From a virus, in the IMG/VR virus record IMGVR_UViG_3300023179_006134, positions 1 through 64,000 of that record: 64,000 nt of DNA. One strand, 5' to 3'. This document shows, piece after piece, positions 9,966 through 20,246 of this stretch (the first letter of the stretch is position 1; each line of letters starts with the position of its first letter). A program made the translations under genes and the position numbers. The notes under the pieces were generated by a model. It ran no database searches. It saw only the letters and a list, made by a program, of their open reading frames with translations, and was not told where the DNA came from.

Positions 9966-11546
9966 TTAACCTCCGAGTGCTAAGATATAGGGTGTCACAT
10001 TTGCAAGAATGCTTTTTTGATAGAAGTTACCAAAAATTGTTCCTGAATTTTGATCAATGGTAACTCCATCACCAATTTTGAAATTTCCTGATTGATCGGT
10101 GCTTGTGTAAACAACCAATCCACCATTGCGCATATCAACTTCATTTTCTTGAATTGGAACACCGCCCGTTTGAGGTAATGCAGATTCAATTGTTGTACCA
10201 GAACCAATATATTCAAAAGAATGTCCAGAAGCAAGAATTCGACTTTGCTTAAAAACAGAAACCGTTGTTCCTACACCAACTGCATAGGGCAATTGTTCAT
10301 TAATTGTAAATGTACAAATACCTGCATTTGGTTGAGTACAACTTATAATACTATAATATTTGGGAATGATTTGAAGAGACAAAACTGCAGTATTAATTCC
10401 AACATCTGGATTTGAAACTGTAATTGTAGGAATTGTCTCAAATCCTCTTCCAGAAGAAAATAGATTAACTTCAGTAATTGATTCATTTACAATAGTTGCT
10501 GTTGCTTCTGCATCAATTCCCCAAGGAGTTTCTGGTGAACTAATGGTAATTGTTGGAGTGTTTGTATATCCAGTTCCTCCAGCACTCACAGAAATTGATT
10601 CAACTTCATAATATAACTTATCAAAATAAGCAACTTGCCCATCAAATAATCTTGAAGTTCCTACTCCAGAAATTACAAATGAATTTGCTCCTGCATCAGC
10701 AGCAGAAGTGATGATTCCTGTATGTTGAATGGGCCCAACTCCATCAGCAACTAATCCATAATTACCAAAAGATGAGTTTGAGTTTGTTAAATCACATGCT
10801 CCTCCAGATCCACAATATACTGCAATATCATTACAAATAGTAAATAACGAAACTAATTGTGCATAACCATTATTTGTAATCGACACTCCAATACCATTTT
10901 TATTGAATTGAGTATAAGAGTCCATAACCATGCTCTTTAAATTTCCAAGAGCATGGTTACCATCAATTTTCATCCCATAACTGTTTTCAATAAAATTTGT
11001 ACAGTTTCTAATATATGGAGATTGATTAAAATTTTTAATTGTGTCAGGGTCAAATGCAAAAACTCCTTTTCCTGCATCTAAAGTACCAATAAAAGATAAT
11101 CCTTCAATATAATTTCCAGGTGATACGTGAAACAAATCTTCATTTTGATTTTGAGGAGTTACAGTAACTTCTCTTAAACTTTCACCAACAATACTGACTT
11201 GAGGGGGTAATTTAATTGGATTACTTTCAATGTATGTTCCAGGGGAAATTTTAATTGCTGTTCCTGATGTTGAAATTGCTACCGCTGCCGCAATTGTTGC
11301 TTTTGCATCTCCAAGTTTTCTTCCCGTATTACTATCATTTCCATCTGGAGTTACGTAAAGAATATTTTTAACTGTTGCACCCATACCAATGGGCACAATA
11401 TCAGTTCCAATGCCACTTCTTTCTCTTCTTACAAAAAGTTCGGCATCATAAGTATTAAGTCCCAGTTCCCCCAATGGAAGTTGATCTACCGTTGGTCTTT
11501 TTCCAGGAATTGCTGAACGTTTTATTTTAATAATAGGTGCTGCCAT
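9966..11546 (-). CDS. Fibre/tailspike-like protein with beta-helix (pectin-lyase-like) domain
   Basis: 526 aa. N-terminal KIKRS..PGKRP..L.LGEL.LNT.D baseplate-attachment motif; LYVTPDGNDSNTG...AKATIAAA and PGTYIE...IVGESLR motifs typical of beta-helix N-termini. Confidence 0.65.
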   Translation of the reverse strand: MAAPIIKIKRSAIPGKRPTVDQLPLGELGLNTYDAELFVRRERSGIGTDIVPIGMGATVKNILYVTPDGNDSNTGRKLGDAKATIAAAVAISTSGTAIKISPGTYIESNPIKLPPQVSIVGESLREVTVTPQNQNEDLFHVSPGNYIEGLSFIGTLDAGKGVFAFDPDTIKNFNQSPYIRNCTNFIENSYGMKIDGNHALGNLKSMVMDSYTQFNKNGIGVSITNNGYAQLVSLFTICNDIAVYCGSGGACDLTNSNSSFGNYGLVADGVGPIQHTGIITSAADAGANSFVISGVGTSRLFDGQVAYFDKLYYEVESISVSAGGTGYTNTPTITISSPETPWGIDAEATATIVNESITEVNLFSSGRGFETIPTITVSNPDVGINTAVLSLQIIPKYYSIISCTQPNAGICTFTINEQLPYAVGVGTTVSVFKQSRILASGHSFEYIGSGTTIESALPQTGGVPIQENEVDMRNGGLVVYTSTDQSGNFKIGDGVTIDQNSGTIFGNFYQKSILANVTPYILALGG

Positions 11547-11606
11547 TCAATCGCCTCATGATGGTATATACCACAAAATCCAATATATATTGGAATTATT
11601 TTCTAT

Positions 11607-11810
11607 TTATACAAAATCTTCTTCTGTGGATTTGGAATTCTCTCCCAATTCCTCGATTTTATCTGTTAAAGATTCAATTAAAGAATTTGCTTCTTTAAGT
11701 TTACTCTCCAGCATTTCAATTTTAGTTTCTGCAACAACTAATTGAGTAAATAAATCCATTGATTTTTTTTGATATGTCGTTAACAACCCTTTATAATCAT
11801 GTTCATTCAT
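11607..11810 (-). CDS. Small coiled-coil protein
   Basis: 67 aa with heptad pattern, preceded by CTAAATA. Confidence 0.55.
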   Translation of the reverse strand: MNEHDYKGLLTTYQKKSMDLFTQLVVAETKIEMLESKLKEANSLIESLTDKIEELGENSKSTEEDFV

Positions 11811-11846
11811 AAAAAAATAGGTGAAGCAATAACTCCACCTATTTAG
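11811..11846 (-). terminator. Terminator hairpin overlapping a CTAAATA late promoter
   Basis: Minus strand CTAAATAGGTGGAG-TTATTG-CTTCACCTATTTTTTT, ending directly at the ATG at 11810. Confidence 0.65.
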
Positions 11847-11868
11847 AAATTTTATTTAAGAGTGATTA

Positions 11869-13521
11869 TCAGAAAGTTCCAGCATCAATCGTGATATTTT
11901 GAAGTGTTCTTACACCACCAGCACAAGAAATGACTTGTGATTGTCCTGCACAATCATTTACCCAAAGTGCTCCAATCTCAAGTGCTGCATAGGCATTCGC
12001 AGTCAGAACACTGTTTGCTTCTGCAACCTCAGACGCAATTGCAATTCTTTCTGCAGAATCGTCCCAATAAACTGCTGCTTTCTTTGCGGAAGTTGTGTAG
12101 TAATTAAAAAGTAATCCAAGATCTATATTTAAATCTGATCCGGGAGCATTACCATTAACAAGTCCAATTTCAACTAACGTATCTTCAACAGTTAAAGTTG
12201 TTGTATTAACTTGAGTTGTTGAACCATTGACAAAAAGATTTCCCGAAATGGTTAAATTGCTAGAAATACCAACATTTCCTGTTGCGGAGGAAATTGTAAT
12301 CGCATCTGTTGAATCTGATGCTTTAATTGTGGATGTTTTAACTGTTGGAGCACTTAAAGAAGTGCCAACAATTACCTCTTGAGATACCGTAGCAATTCCT
12401 GCAACAGAGATGTTTCTTCCAAAGGTAGCATCACGTCCAGAAAGAGTAATTGCGTCATTACTATCAGAGGAACTACGAATACTATTTGCAATTACTTTTG
12501 TTTGGAAAGAAACATCACCATTAGAATACAAATACATTGCATTGGAACCACCACCTGCTTTAATGTAAGCATTTGTATCATTAACATTACCAACACTTAA
12601 AGCACTGGTGACACCTACAGCACCAGTAGATGGATTAACTGATAAACCAATACCAATTCTTAAAGTTTCTCCAGTTTGTCCACCAAGAGTATCAACAAAT
12701 GGAACAAAATAACTTGCATTTGTTGAAGTTGCTGTAGTATCAACGGTTGTTGCAGTTGATGCAGTGCCAGTTAATGCTCCACTAAATGTTGTTGCAGTTA
12801 CAACTCCAGCAAAATTAGCGTTTCTCCATTGTCTTGTATTGTCACCAAGATCGTATGCGTTTGATGTATTTGGATATAGTCCTGAAATAAATTCTCCACC
12901 AACATTAATATCATCTCCGGTGCTATCACCAAGATTAATTGTTCCACCTTCAAAAGTAACAGATCCAACAAATGTGGAAACTCCAGCAACGTTTAAATTT
13001 CCACCAACATTTAAATTCTCTCCAATTCCTACTCCACCCTCAACAATTAAAGCACCGGTGTTTTCATCTATTGATGATGTAGTATCAGTAATTTGAACTG
13101 CGCCACTAAAAGTAGAAATTCCACTAAAAAATGTATTATTTAAAATTGCTCCAGAAAAAGATGCACCCGCAGATACATTAGCCCATTCTAATTGTCCAGA
13201 TGCATTTGTTTTAAGAAAATATCCGTCTTGAGGTGCTGCAGGAAAAGTATATGTTGTGACACCAGCAAGAGAATCTGGTGACTTGAGTGTTAGATAGTTT
13301 GAACCATTTGTAGTTCCTTCAACAAGATTTACACCGCTACCTGTTGAAGAACTTTCTCTTGTCCAATAACGATGAGAACCAAAAAATTTATTTCCTTCTG
13401 AGGTGCTATTAATACCAATGTAAAATTCAAAGGTATCAAGGGTGAGAGCTGGTTCACCTGCCTCTAAAGGTGGCAGATTAACGAAATTACCCCTCTTAAA
13501 CTGAATTACTGGAGAAGTCAT
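11869..13521 (-). CDS. Tail fibre protein
   Basis: 550 aa. N-terminal IQFKRG...L.AGEPA.T.DT motif; TGALIVEGGVGIGENLNVGG and NLFVNGSTTQVNTTTLTVED fibre motifs; ends IDAGTF. Confidence 0.75.
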   Translation of the reverse strand: MTSPVIQFKRGNFVNLPPLEAGEPALTLDTFEFYIGINSTSEGNKFFGSHRYWTRESSSTGSGVNLVEGTTNGSNYLTLKSPDSLAGVTTYTFPAAPQDGYFLKTNASGQLEWANVSAGASFSGAILNNTFFSGISTFSGAVQITDTTSSIDENTGALIVEGGVGIGENLNVGGNLNVAGVSTFVGSVTFEGGTINLGDSTGDDINVGGEFISGLYPNTSNAYDLGDNTRQWRNANFAGVVTATTFSGALTGTASTATTVDTTATSTNASYFVPFVDTLGGQTGETLRIGIGLSVNPSTGAVGVTSALSVGNVNDTNAYIKAGGGSNAMYLYSNGDVSFQTKVIANSIRSSSDSNDAITLSGRDATFGRNISVAGIATVSQEVIVGTSLSAPTVKTSTIKASDSTDAITISSATGNVGISSNLTISGNLFVNGSTTQVNTTTLTVEDTLVEIGLVNGNAPGSDLNIDLGLLFNYYTTSAKKAAVYWDDSAERIAIASEVAEANSVLTANAYAALEIGALWVNDCAGQSQVISCAGGVRTLQNITIDAGTF

Positions 13522-13552
13522 TTCTTTTTTATTATTTTTTATTATTTATTTC

Positions 13553-13843
13553 TCAGAATTCTCCAGCATCCACATCAATTTTATCATCCAATTCAACATC
13601 TAATTGGTCTACAAATTCTTGTGGTAACTCTGCATCTTCGGCAGCAGTTTGTAAAACTTGATCTGCTGTTACTAATGTATATTTTCTTAGTGTAGCATTA
13701 TATGTTAAGACATATTTGTCCTTTGATGACAAATTGGAAACAGAAACATCTGCTAAATCTGAAAGAAATTCTGCCACAACGGTTTTCTCCTGAGTTACGG
13801 TGAAATTATTACCAGAATTTAATCTTACTGAAAAATCTGCCAT
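13553..13843 (-). CDS. Small virion structural protein
   Basis: 96 aa, LSDLADV motif, ends IDVDAGEF; ATAAATA at 13866-13872 upstream. Confidence 0.6.
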   Translation of the reverse strand: MADFSVRLNSGNNFTVTQEKTVVAEFLSDLADVSVSNLSSKDKYVLTYNATLRKYTLVTADQVLQTAAEDAELPQEFVDQLDVELDDKIDVDAGEF

Positions 13844-13868
13844 AAGTAAGGTAAGAAATTTTAAGTAT

Positions 13869-14201
13869 TTATGTTGAGATACCTGCAGTCACCAGAGCCA
13901 TCCCTTCAATCACTCTAGTTTTAGTTCCAGAATTGTTTGTGACTAAGATATCATAAAAATATCTTCCTGGAGTAATTGTGGAAGTAACTTCATCTGACAT
14001 TGCAAGAGTGATTTTTCCAGTTGCGACTGTAATCGTGGTTGAGAAAGAATAAGAAGTCGTGGACTCTGGAAACTTTTTGATTTTTGCAACTGCACTTGCA
14101 CCTGACAAACCATAAACAGAACCATTTGCATTCGTAATCGTAAAGGTTGAAGAAAAATCTGCACCTTGTTCAATTGTAATATTGACTGCTGGAACTGCCA
14201 T
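13869..14201 (-). CDS. Small Ig-like baseplate/fibre adaptor protein
   Basis: 110 aa, NITIEQGADFS...GRYFYDIL...RVIEG motif common in myovirus structural clusters; CTAAATA at 14216-14222. Confidence 0.65.
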   Translation of the reverse strand: MAVPAVNITIEQGADFSSTFTITNANGSVYGLSGASAVAKIKKFPESTTSYSFSTTITVATGKITLAMSDEVTSTITPGRYFYDILVTNNSGTKTRVIEGMALVTAGIST

Positions 14202-14225
14202 TGTGGTTTTTTAGATATTTAGTTC

Positions 14226-14714
14226 TCAAAAGAAGTTAAAGTTCACATTTACACGACACTTATCATCACTACACGTTGTACTATGATGAGGTCTCGATGG
14301 GTCAAAGAGTAGAATACGATTTTCTATGGATTCTATTTTTATATCATCTTCTAAGATTGTAAGACCATTATTAGTATTCAGATAAAAGATTGCACCACGA
14401 TGAGAGAACTCATAATCTGTATGATTATCGTGATGTACTATATTCTCTGTAGATGGATATAGATTTCCTTTGATTCTCATCATTGCTCTACACTCTAAAA
14501 GGTTGAGAATAGATGCAAAGATTTGTGCTTGTGGTTCTGTATGAAACCCACTCCAGAACTCGTGAGTAAAGTAATATGATGCTGATATAGGTAGGTTTTC
14601 TTTTTCGTTTGTGACGACTGGAGTGAGATTCCAAGCAAAGTTTGGATTTAACATAAAGTTTTTAATGTTCTCAAATTCTTCCTGTGAGAGAGCATTGTCT
14701 ATAATCTTATGCAT
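14226..14714 (-). CDS. 2OG-Fe(II) oxygenase-like protein
   Basis: HTD...AIFYLNTNNG.T...ENRILLFD...H.S....R...NFN motifs. Confidence 0.75.
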   Translation of the reverse strand: MHKIIDNALSQEEFENIKNFMLNPNFAWNLTPVVTNEKENLPISASYYFTHEFWSGFHTEPQAQIFASILNLLECRAMMRIKGNLYPSTENIVHHDNHTDYEFSHRGAIFYLNTNNGLTILEDDIKIESIENRILLFDPSRPHHSTTCSDDKCRVNVNFNFF

Positions 14715-15231
14715 AGTTAATATTAATCACACAACGAGGATGGTCTGTTGATGTAACTGAATGATGTTCTATAGACCCATCAAAAAGTAACATACGATTT
14801 TGTACACATTGTACTTCAGTAGTGTCCTTAAGTACAGTAAACCCATTAGAAGTCGTTACATAAAATAATGCAACTCTATGAGGTACTTTTCTGTCTGTAT
14901 GAAACTCGTGATAAATGTGATTTTCTGTGGGAACTAAAATATTTGCACGAATATCAAAAAGTTTTTTTATTTTGAGTTTGTTAAGTATTGGTTTGACTAT
15001 GGGATAGTACCTATCAAACTTAAGTCCATTATCAGTTGAGTATAGTGAATGTACATAAATCCAATCGTGCTCTTCATAATCAGTTGGACCTAACTCTGGG
15101 TCTCTTACAATACCCTTTTGATAAGTCCAAGCAAAGTTATTTGGATTGTTTAAGTCTTCTGGAAAAAATGTAGAGGTAATAAAATCAAAATCTTCTTTCT
15201 CAAGAAAATCATCTATAATCTCATAAGTCAT
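14707..15231 (-). CDS. 2OG-Fe(II) oxygenase-like protein (paralog of neighbour)
   Basis: HTD...ALFYVTTSNGFT...NRMLLFDG...HHS...R.VININY. Confidence 0.75.
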   Translation of the reverse strand: MTYEIIDDFLEKEDFDFITSTFFPEDLNNPNNFAWTYQKGIVRDPELGPTDYEEHDWIYVHSLYSTDNGLKFDRYYPIVKPILNKLKIKKLFDIRANILVPTENHIYHEFHTDRKVPHRVALFYVTTSNGFTVLKDTTEVQCVQNRMLLFDGSIEHHSVTSTDHPRCVININYA

Positions 15232-15235
15232 AAAA

Positions 15236-15796
15236 TCATTCTAATGTATAAATCGCAAACATTCCACTTTGAGTAAATGCTTCTTGGATTTCTCCAAGTT
15301 CTTCTGCATTAAATGCAATACCAGAAACGATTTCAGTAAGCACTTCTTGGATTTTTTCTACATTTGCTCTTCCTGCTTTTGCATCACTCATCAGTGCAAT
15401 AAACTCTGTTGCAAGAGTATTTGCAAGAAGTGATTGTGATGCTGTTGTTTTAATTTTAGTATATGCATTCGTATTTAAAAGTCTGTCCCAAAACTGTTGA
15501 TACTGAACTCTTCTCTGTTTTTCATATTCTGGTGCTTCAGTTACATCATACTCACGAGTTTCTTTATTCCACTGATAGTCGTGAGTAAAGTAACTAGTTC
15601 CTTCAAATGGTGGCATCTGGATTGGTCCTTTCCAACCAAGTGCATTCAGTTCTTCATCTGTAAGATCAGGAAGGTCAGTTCTTACTTCTTCTCCAGGAGC
15701 AGGTCTCCACAAATCGGGGATTGTTTGTGGGTCATTTCCATTTGGAGGACTATATCTTCCTCTTGCTTCTGTTGCAGAAAGGTTTACGTAAGCCAT
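15236..15796 (-). CDS. Hypothetical protein (possible fibre-assembly-like)
   Basis: 186 aa, ...DLTDEELNALGW...YQWN; exact TATAAATA upstream at 15822-15829. Confidence 0.45.
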   Translation of the reverse strand: MAYVNLSATEARGRYSPPNGNDPQTIPDLWRPAPGEEVRTDLPDLTDEELNALGWKGPIQMPPFEGTSYFTHDYQWNKETREYDVTEAPEYEKQRRVQYQQFWDRLLNTNAYTKIKTTASQSLLANTLATEFIALMSDAKAGRANVEKIQEVLTEIVSGIAFNAEELGEIQEAFTQSGMFAIYTLE

Positions 15797-15814
15797 ATGA
15801 TTTCTGTGAGTTTC

Positions 15815-15880
15815 TTTTCTTTATTTATAAACCTTTATTTCTTGATATTGTGACTTATATTTCTCATTGATTTCTTTTTT
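15815..15880. repeat. 66-bp direct repeat, copy 1 (contains TATAAATA late promoter)
   Basis: 64/66 identical to 16562..16627 by manual alignment. Confidence 0.9.
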
Positions 15881-15912
15881 GACTCTTGATATTTTCCAGA
15901 CAAAATATAACA

Positions 15913-16551
15913 TTAATTGTAGGATAATGAGGATTTTTTTTGCAAATCATCAGTAAGACTGGAAAAATTATCACAAAAAATATCAAAAGCAATTATTATT
16001 CTATAATTATTACCAATATGTTTTTTTGAACCATGCATATATCCAGAGGGAAAAAATAATAGATCATTTTCATCTAAATCCGGTTCAAAAATTATTTCTT
16101 TTTTTGGTTGTTTTACAAAATTTCTATTTTTAAAAAAAGTTTTATTATGAGTTTCTTTATCAAACTTTAAATAATATACCCCACTAAAATCTGCTGTATG
16201 TTCATGTGAAAGTGTTTCCATTCCATTTTCATACAAAGAATACCACATTTTAGAAATAAAAAAACTATCATCTATGCGATAATATTTTAAATAATTGTAA
16301 AATGCTTTTTTTATTAAAGAAGAAAGTTCATTCACAAAAATTTTGTCTTCATCACAAAACACCGGTATATCCTCATCGTAAAATTGTTTCATAAAACAAC
16401 TAGTTCTTTTTTTGTTAAATTTAAATTTAAATTTATCGGATTTAGAATAATTAACATAATCTAATATTATTTTATCACATAGTTCTTTTTTATATTTAAA
16501 CTCAATAGTTTCCTTCCAAATATATGTAGGAATTTGTATCTCTGTACCCAT
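15913..16551 (-). CDS. 2OG-Fe(II) oxygenase (TIGR02466-like)
   Basis: HEH...SGVYYLK...LLFFPS...H....R...AFD motifs. Confidence 0.75.
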   Translation of the reverse strand: MGTEIQIPTYIWKETIEFKYKKELCDKIILDYVNYSKSDKFKFKFNKKRTSCFMKQFYDEDIPVFCDEDKIFVNELSSLIKKAFYNYLKYYRIDDSFFISKMWYSLYENGMETLSHEHTADFSGVYYLKFDKETHNKTFFKNRNFVKQPKKEIIFEPDLDENDLLFFPSGYMHGSKKHIGNNYRIIIAFDIFCDNFSSLTDDLQKKSSLSYN

Positions 16552-16561
16552 TATTATATCA

Positions 16562-16627
16562 TTTTCTTTATTTATGAACCTTTATTTCTTGATATTGTGA
16601 CTTATATTTCTCATTTATTTCTTTTTT
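16562..16627. repeat. 66-bp direct repeat, copy 2 (3' end of DUF6165-like gene)
   Basis: 64/66 identical to 15815..15880. Confidence 0.9.
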
Positions 16628-16930
16628 TATGGATGCTCTTAAGTCATTTGTGATATATACACTTCTTGCAAGTTCTATAAAAATTTCACCAAAGTCTTGT
16701 GATTTCTCAAGAACTCTTAAGTCATCTTCTATTTTCCAGAGTTTATGATTGATTGAGAGTAGTTTTGCAAGATAAGAATCATCATAGACTTGATGTTTCT
16801 TTGCGATTGATATAAGGTCTTGGAGTTCTTTATGAACATAAGAGTTGTCTGTATATTGAGACTTGATAGAAAGTATAGAAATCTTATCTAAGAGTTCTCC
16901 TACCGAGATTGGTATTTGTATTTCATCCAT
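16568..16930 (-). CDS. DUF6165-like protein
   Basis: IPISVGELLDKISILSIK...LWKIEDDLR...FIELARSVYITND.RA.IKKEIN signature. Confidence 0.7.
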   Translation of the reverse strand: MDEIQIPISVGELLDKISILSIKSQYTDNSYVHKELQDLISIAKKHQVYDDSYLAKLLSINHKLWKIEDDLRVLEKSQDFGEIFIELARSVYITNDLRASIKKEINEKYKSQYQEIKVHK

Positions 16931-17885
16931 AGTTAATGTTCTTTGGTTTTTCTATAATGATTTGTGGTTTCTTATTTCCTTCTATGTTTCTTATGATGTC
17001 CTGATATGCACTTTCTATTTCTTTCTGTGTAAAATCTATTCGTGGTTCGTTTAATCTTGAGGACATATGTGCCTGGAAACCAGAGATTCTCATTGAGTCT
17101 GGATAAAACTCCACATCTCTCTCAATAATATGAAATCCATCATAAGTCACATTCACACTATGAGTTCCTGCAATCATCACTGATGCTTTCTTATTCAGTG
17201 CTTTACAGATGTGCTGACCGCAACTATCACAACCCACAAAGTAATCAGCAGCACCAATGATTGCTGCCCATTCTCTTAAGTTTGGATCTGGGTCTGGTTT
17301 ATAAGTTCTTATTTCGTGAAATTCTTTTGCACCCATAAAAATTAGGTTATAATCCTTTGAGAGTTCTTTAATAAAGTAATCCAACATTGGTTTTGGAATA
17401 GACCTTAAACTATCATCAAAAATACCAGAAGGATGTGGAGTTGCAGTAGAACCATAAGGTTGCAATACGATGGTCTTTGATTTTTTATGTTTTGACTTTG
17501 CTTCTTCTATGATTTCATATGCTCTTCTTTTTTCCTGAAATGAAATATTCAGTTGCATTGGAGGAAGGTCACTATGGTCTGTGGAATCATTGATTTCTAC
17601 ATCAAATGCTTCTCTTAATGAAATCTCATTACGATAATATGCAGGAACACGATAAGGTTCTGGTGAGATTACCTTGTCTGCTTTCCAAAATAAATCAAAA
17701 GAACCTCGGGCATCGGGGTTAAAGGTTCTTTCCTGAAGTTCTGGAATACCCCAAGTAATAAAATCCCACCCTGGAATCATTATGTACCATTCTTCATTGA
17801 GATGATTTTTGGAATATTTAAGTAGTGCTGGGATTGCGGTGATGATTCTTCCAAATCCACCATCTAATGTAATAATCGTCGTCAT
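16923..17885 (-). CDS. GT9 (heptosyltransferase-like) glycosyltransferase
   Basis: GG.GR N-terminus; IVLQP.G; LREWAAII..ADYFVGCDS.GQH...AL motif. Confidence 0.7.
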   Translation of the reverse strand: MTTIITLDGGFGRIITAIPALLKYSKNHLNEEWYIMIPGWDFITWGIPELQERTFNPDARGSFDLFWKADKVISPEPYRVPAYYRNEISLREAFDVEINDSTDHSDLPPMQLNISFQEKRRAYEIIEEAKSKHKKSKTIVLQPYGSTATPHPSGIFDDSLRSIPKPMLDYFIKELSKDYNLIFMGAKEFHEIRTYKPDPDPNLREWAAIIGAADYFVGCDSCGQHICKALNKKASVMIAGTHSVNVTYDGFHIIERDVEFYPDSMRISGFQAHMSSRLNEPRIDFTQKEIESAYQDIIRNIEGNKKPQIIIEKPKNINYG

Positions 17886-18697
17886 AAGTAACTCAACTCA
17901 AAATGTTTTGCTTTGTGCGTATAAGTATTCCACCAATACTTCCAGTCTATGTATGAGTCCTCTTGGAGACTTGATTGCATATGAAGAACTAAACTTGGAA
18001 TAGGGTTGATTCTTATAATGTGTTTGGACCAGATATAAGAGATTGTATTTCCTTCGTGTATTGTATCATTCTTATTTCCAGTTCCATCCCATTCCTGATA
18101 TTCAGTTGCTAAAGTCTCAAAGAGATTCCAGTGGTCCTGAAATACTTTTGGTGCAGTCATCATTGTAAATGTAGTACCCCATCCAGTTTTCCAGTGACGA
18201 TATTGACCTCTCATTATTAACTCTGGAGTATTATGTTTTGGGTCATAGGTTTCTGGTTCATCCCAAGGAAAGATACAAAGTGGTTGTGGAAGATTATACT
18301 TGGAAGAAAGATACTCATATTCACTTAACATCTCATAAAGAGCACTTGGAGAATGTAAGTAATCATCTTCTACAGAGTATACTAAATCAGCAGTGGAGTT
18401 TTTGCAATACTCAAACTGACTTAATACGCTTTTATTTGGTCCACCTTCTTCTAATGAAATGATTTTAGTTGAGTGTCTTGAGGTCTTAAGAATACTCTGG
18501 AGGTTATTGAGAAACTCTTGAGAACTATGGTCGTCTAATACAATAATGTTGATTTGGTTCTTACATTGATTGGTTGCATTAATCAATGATGTAATACAAC
18601 CTTCTATGAGTTCTCTTTTAGAAACAGAAATAAATCTTGGAAACTTACTTATATTAGATTTGTCGTGAGTTCTTATGATAATATCAAGGGACTTCAT
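17882..18697 (-). CDS. GT-A fold glycosyltransferase
   Basis: VLDDHS and VYSVEDDYLH motifs; close paralog of 20492..21304. Confidence 0.7.
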   Translation of the reverse strand: MKSLDIIIRTHDKSNISKFPRFISVSKRELIEGCITSLINATNQCKNQINIIVLDDHSSQEFLNNLQSILKTSRHSTKIISLEEGGPNKSVLSQFEYCKNSTADLVYSVEDDYLHSPSALYEMLSEYEYLSSKYNLPQPLCIFPWDEPETYDPKHNTPELIMRGQYRHWKTGWGTTFTMMTAPKVFQDHWNLFETLATEYQEWDGTGNKNDTIHEGNTISYIWSKHIIRINPIPSLVLHMQSSLQEDSYIDWKYWWNTYTHKAKHFELSYL

Positions 18698-19485
18698 TGG
18701 TAATTAAATGTTGATTCTTTTGCAAATTTTACAGAACTATCATAAACTTCTTTATCTTTCCACATTTGAATATAATTATTCGTTCCATTAAATCCAAAAC
18801 AACTTATATCACCACGATTATCAATGCCTTTAACAATTGGTTTTCTGTATGCAATTATTTTATCATCTTCATCCATTAAATATGCAAATTCGTAAATATA
18901 ATTCTCTTCTTCGTGTGGATTAATATAACACAATTCTCCATTAGTTGCTATAAAATTTATATCTTGATTGTAAGTCATAATTGCTCTTCCTAATACTATA
19001 CAAGCAGTTGGTTCAATAGATATTATACCATAAAACTCATTTTTACAATTTTCTACAATAATATCAATACATTTTTTCATTATTTTAGATTTTTTTTCTG
19101 TAAATATAATTGAGGTTGCTACTGACCAACTTCTTTTAGATGATTTTGTAACATCTCTAAATGCAAAAAATTTAAATGCATCTAAATTTGGAATAGTATT
19201 AATGAGTTTAACATTCAAATCAATATAAAGACCACCATAAAGATATAATAAACAATATCTTGCTAAATCTGCTTTACAAGCATAGGGATTAAGTTTTTGA
19301 TATGCGGTAAATACATCAATATCAAAATTGTTTTTTATAATCTCTTCTATTTCTTCACCTGAATACAAATGATATTCTTCATTAGGATATAGATTTTTTA
19401 TTTGTTCATAACAAATATTATGATACTTTGGAAAATCATCTGGCAATTTATTCGTATCATTTATGAGTATTTGATGTATTTTCAT
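18694..19485 (-). CDS. GT32 (OCH1-like) glycosyltransferase
   Basis: KIHQI...KADLARYCLLYLYGGLYIDL signature. Confidence 0.8.
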   Translation of the reverse strand: MKIHQILINDTNKLPDDFPKYHNICYEQIKNLYPNEEYHLYSGEEIEEIIKNNFDIDVFTAYQKLNPYACKADLARYCLLYLYGGLYIDLNVKLINTIPNLDAFKFFAFRDVTKSSKRSWSVATSIIFTEKKSKIMKKCIDIIVENCKNEFYGIISIEPTACIVLGRAIMTYNQDINFIATNGELCYINPHEEENYIYEFAYLMDEDDKIIAYRKPIVKGIDNRGDISCFGFNGTNNYIQMWKDKEVYDSSVKFAKESTFNYQ

Positions 19486-20246
19486 TTATATTTTAATGTA
19501 AGTGTTTCTTTTTGTTCTTTAATATAAGTATCGTTCATAACCTTCTTCCAGTCTATGATAGGGCTGATATGATTTGCATCACAATGAGTACTCCAACCAG
19601 GCATTGGAGAAATTAAATATCTCTCTTGTTTCTGTAGTTCCCAGAACTTATCATAATCTTTTGAGAAATGAAATCCTTCTATTTCCTTTACACCATTAAT
19701 AGAATGTTTTTGATGCACCTCCAAGTCTTCCATAAGTGTCTTATACTTGCAAGCAAAAGATTGAGTGGTTGCTGGTACTGCTCTCCAATGAGAACTTGGT
19801 GTTGTAAAGATTTCACATAACCATCCTTTTGCAATAAAGAAATCAAAGTCATAAAGAGTAAGATAATGTGAGTTAATCTCAAACCCTTCTAACATTACTT
19901 CACTCCACCCTGGACGATGTAAATAATCATCCTCTAAAAGATAAACAATCGTATCATCACTTAAGTTTTTAGATTGGGTGATTTCTAATGTCGCCAAAAA
20001 ACTATCACATTCATTACCACACTTAATGATTTCTACATTCTTTTCTTTCGCAAGAAAAGTCTTATCAATACTACCATAAAACTCATCATAAACAATCGTA
20101 TAGTTTATCAGGTCTGGGTTAAGTGTATTCTTAAAGTTCTCAAAGACTTTAATCTTATTAAACCAAGAAGGTCTTATTCTGTCTGGAAGTTCTTGTATTT
20201 TTGAGTAGTAGCAGTGTCTTATAAAGACTTCAATTGGTTTTTTCAT
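19482..20246 (-). CDS. GT-A fold glycosyltransferase
   Basis: VYLLEDDYLH motif; SHWR...TT.SF and SPMPG.STH. Confidence 0.65.
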   Translation of the reverse strand: MKKPIEVFIRHCYYSKIQELPDRIRPSWFNKIKVFENFKNTLNPDLINYTIVYDEFYGSIDKTFLAKEKNVEIIKCGNECDSFLATLEITQSKNLSDDTIVYLLEDDYLHRPGWSEVMLEGFEINSHYLTLYDFDFFIAKGWLCEIFTTPSSHWRAVPATTQSFACKYKTLMEDLEVHQKHSINGVKEIEGFHFSKDYDKFWELQKQERYLISPMPGWSTHCDANHISPIIDWKKVMNDTYIKEQKETLTLKYK

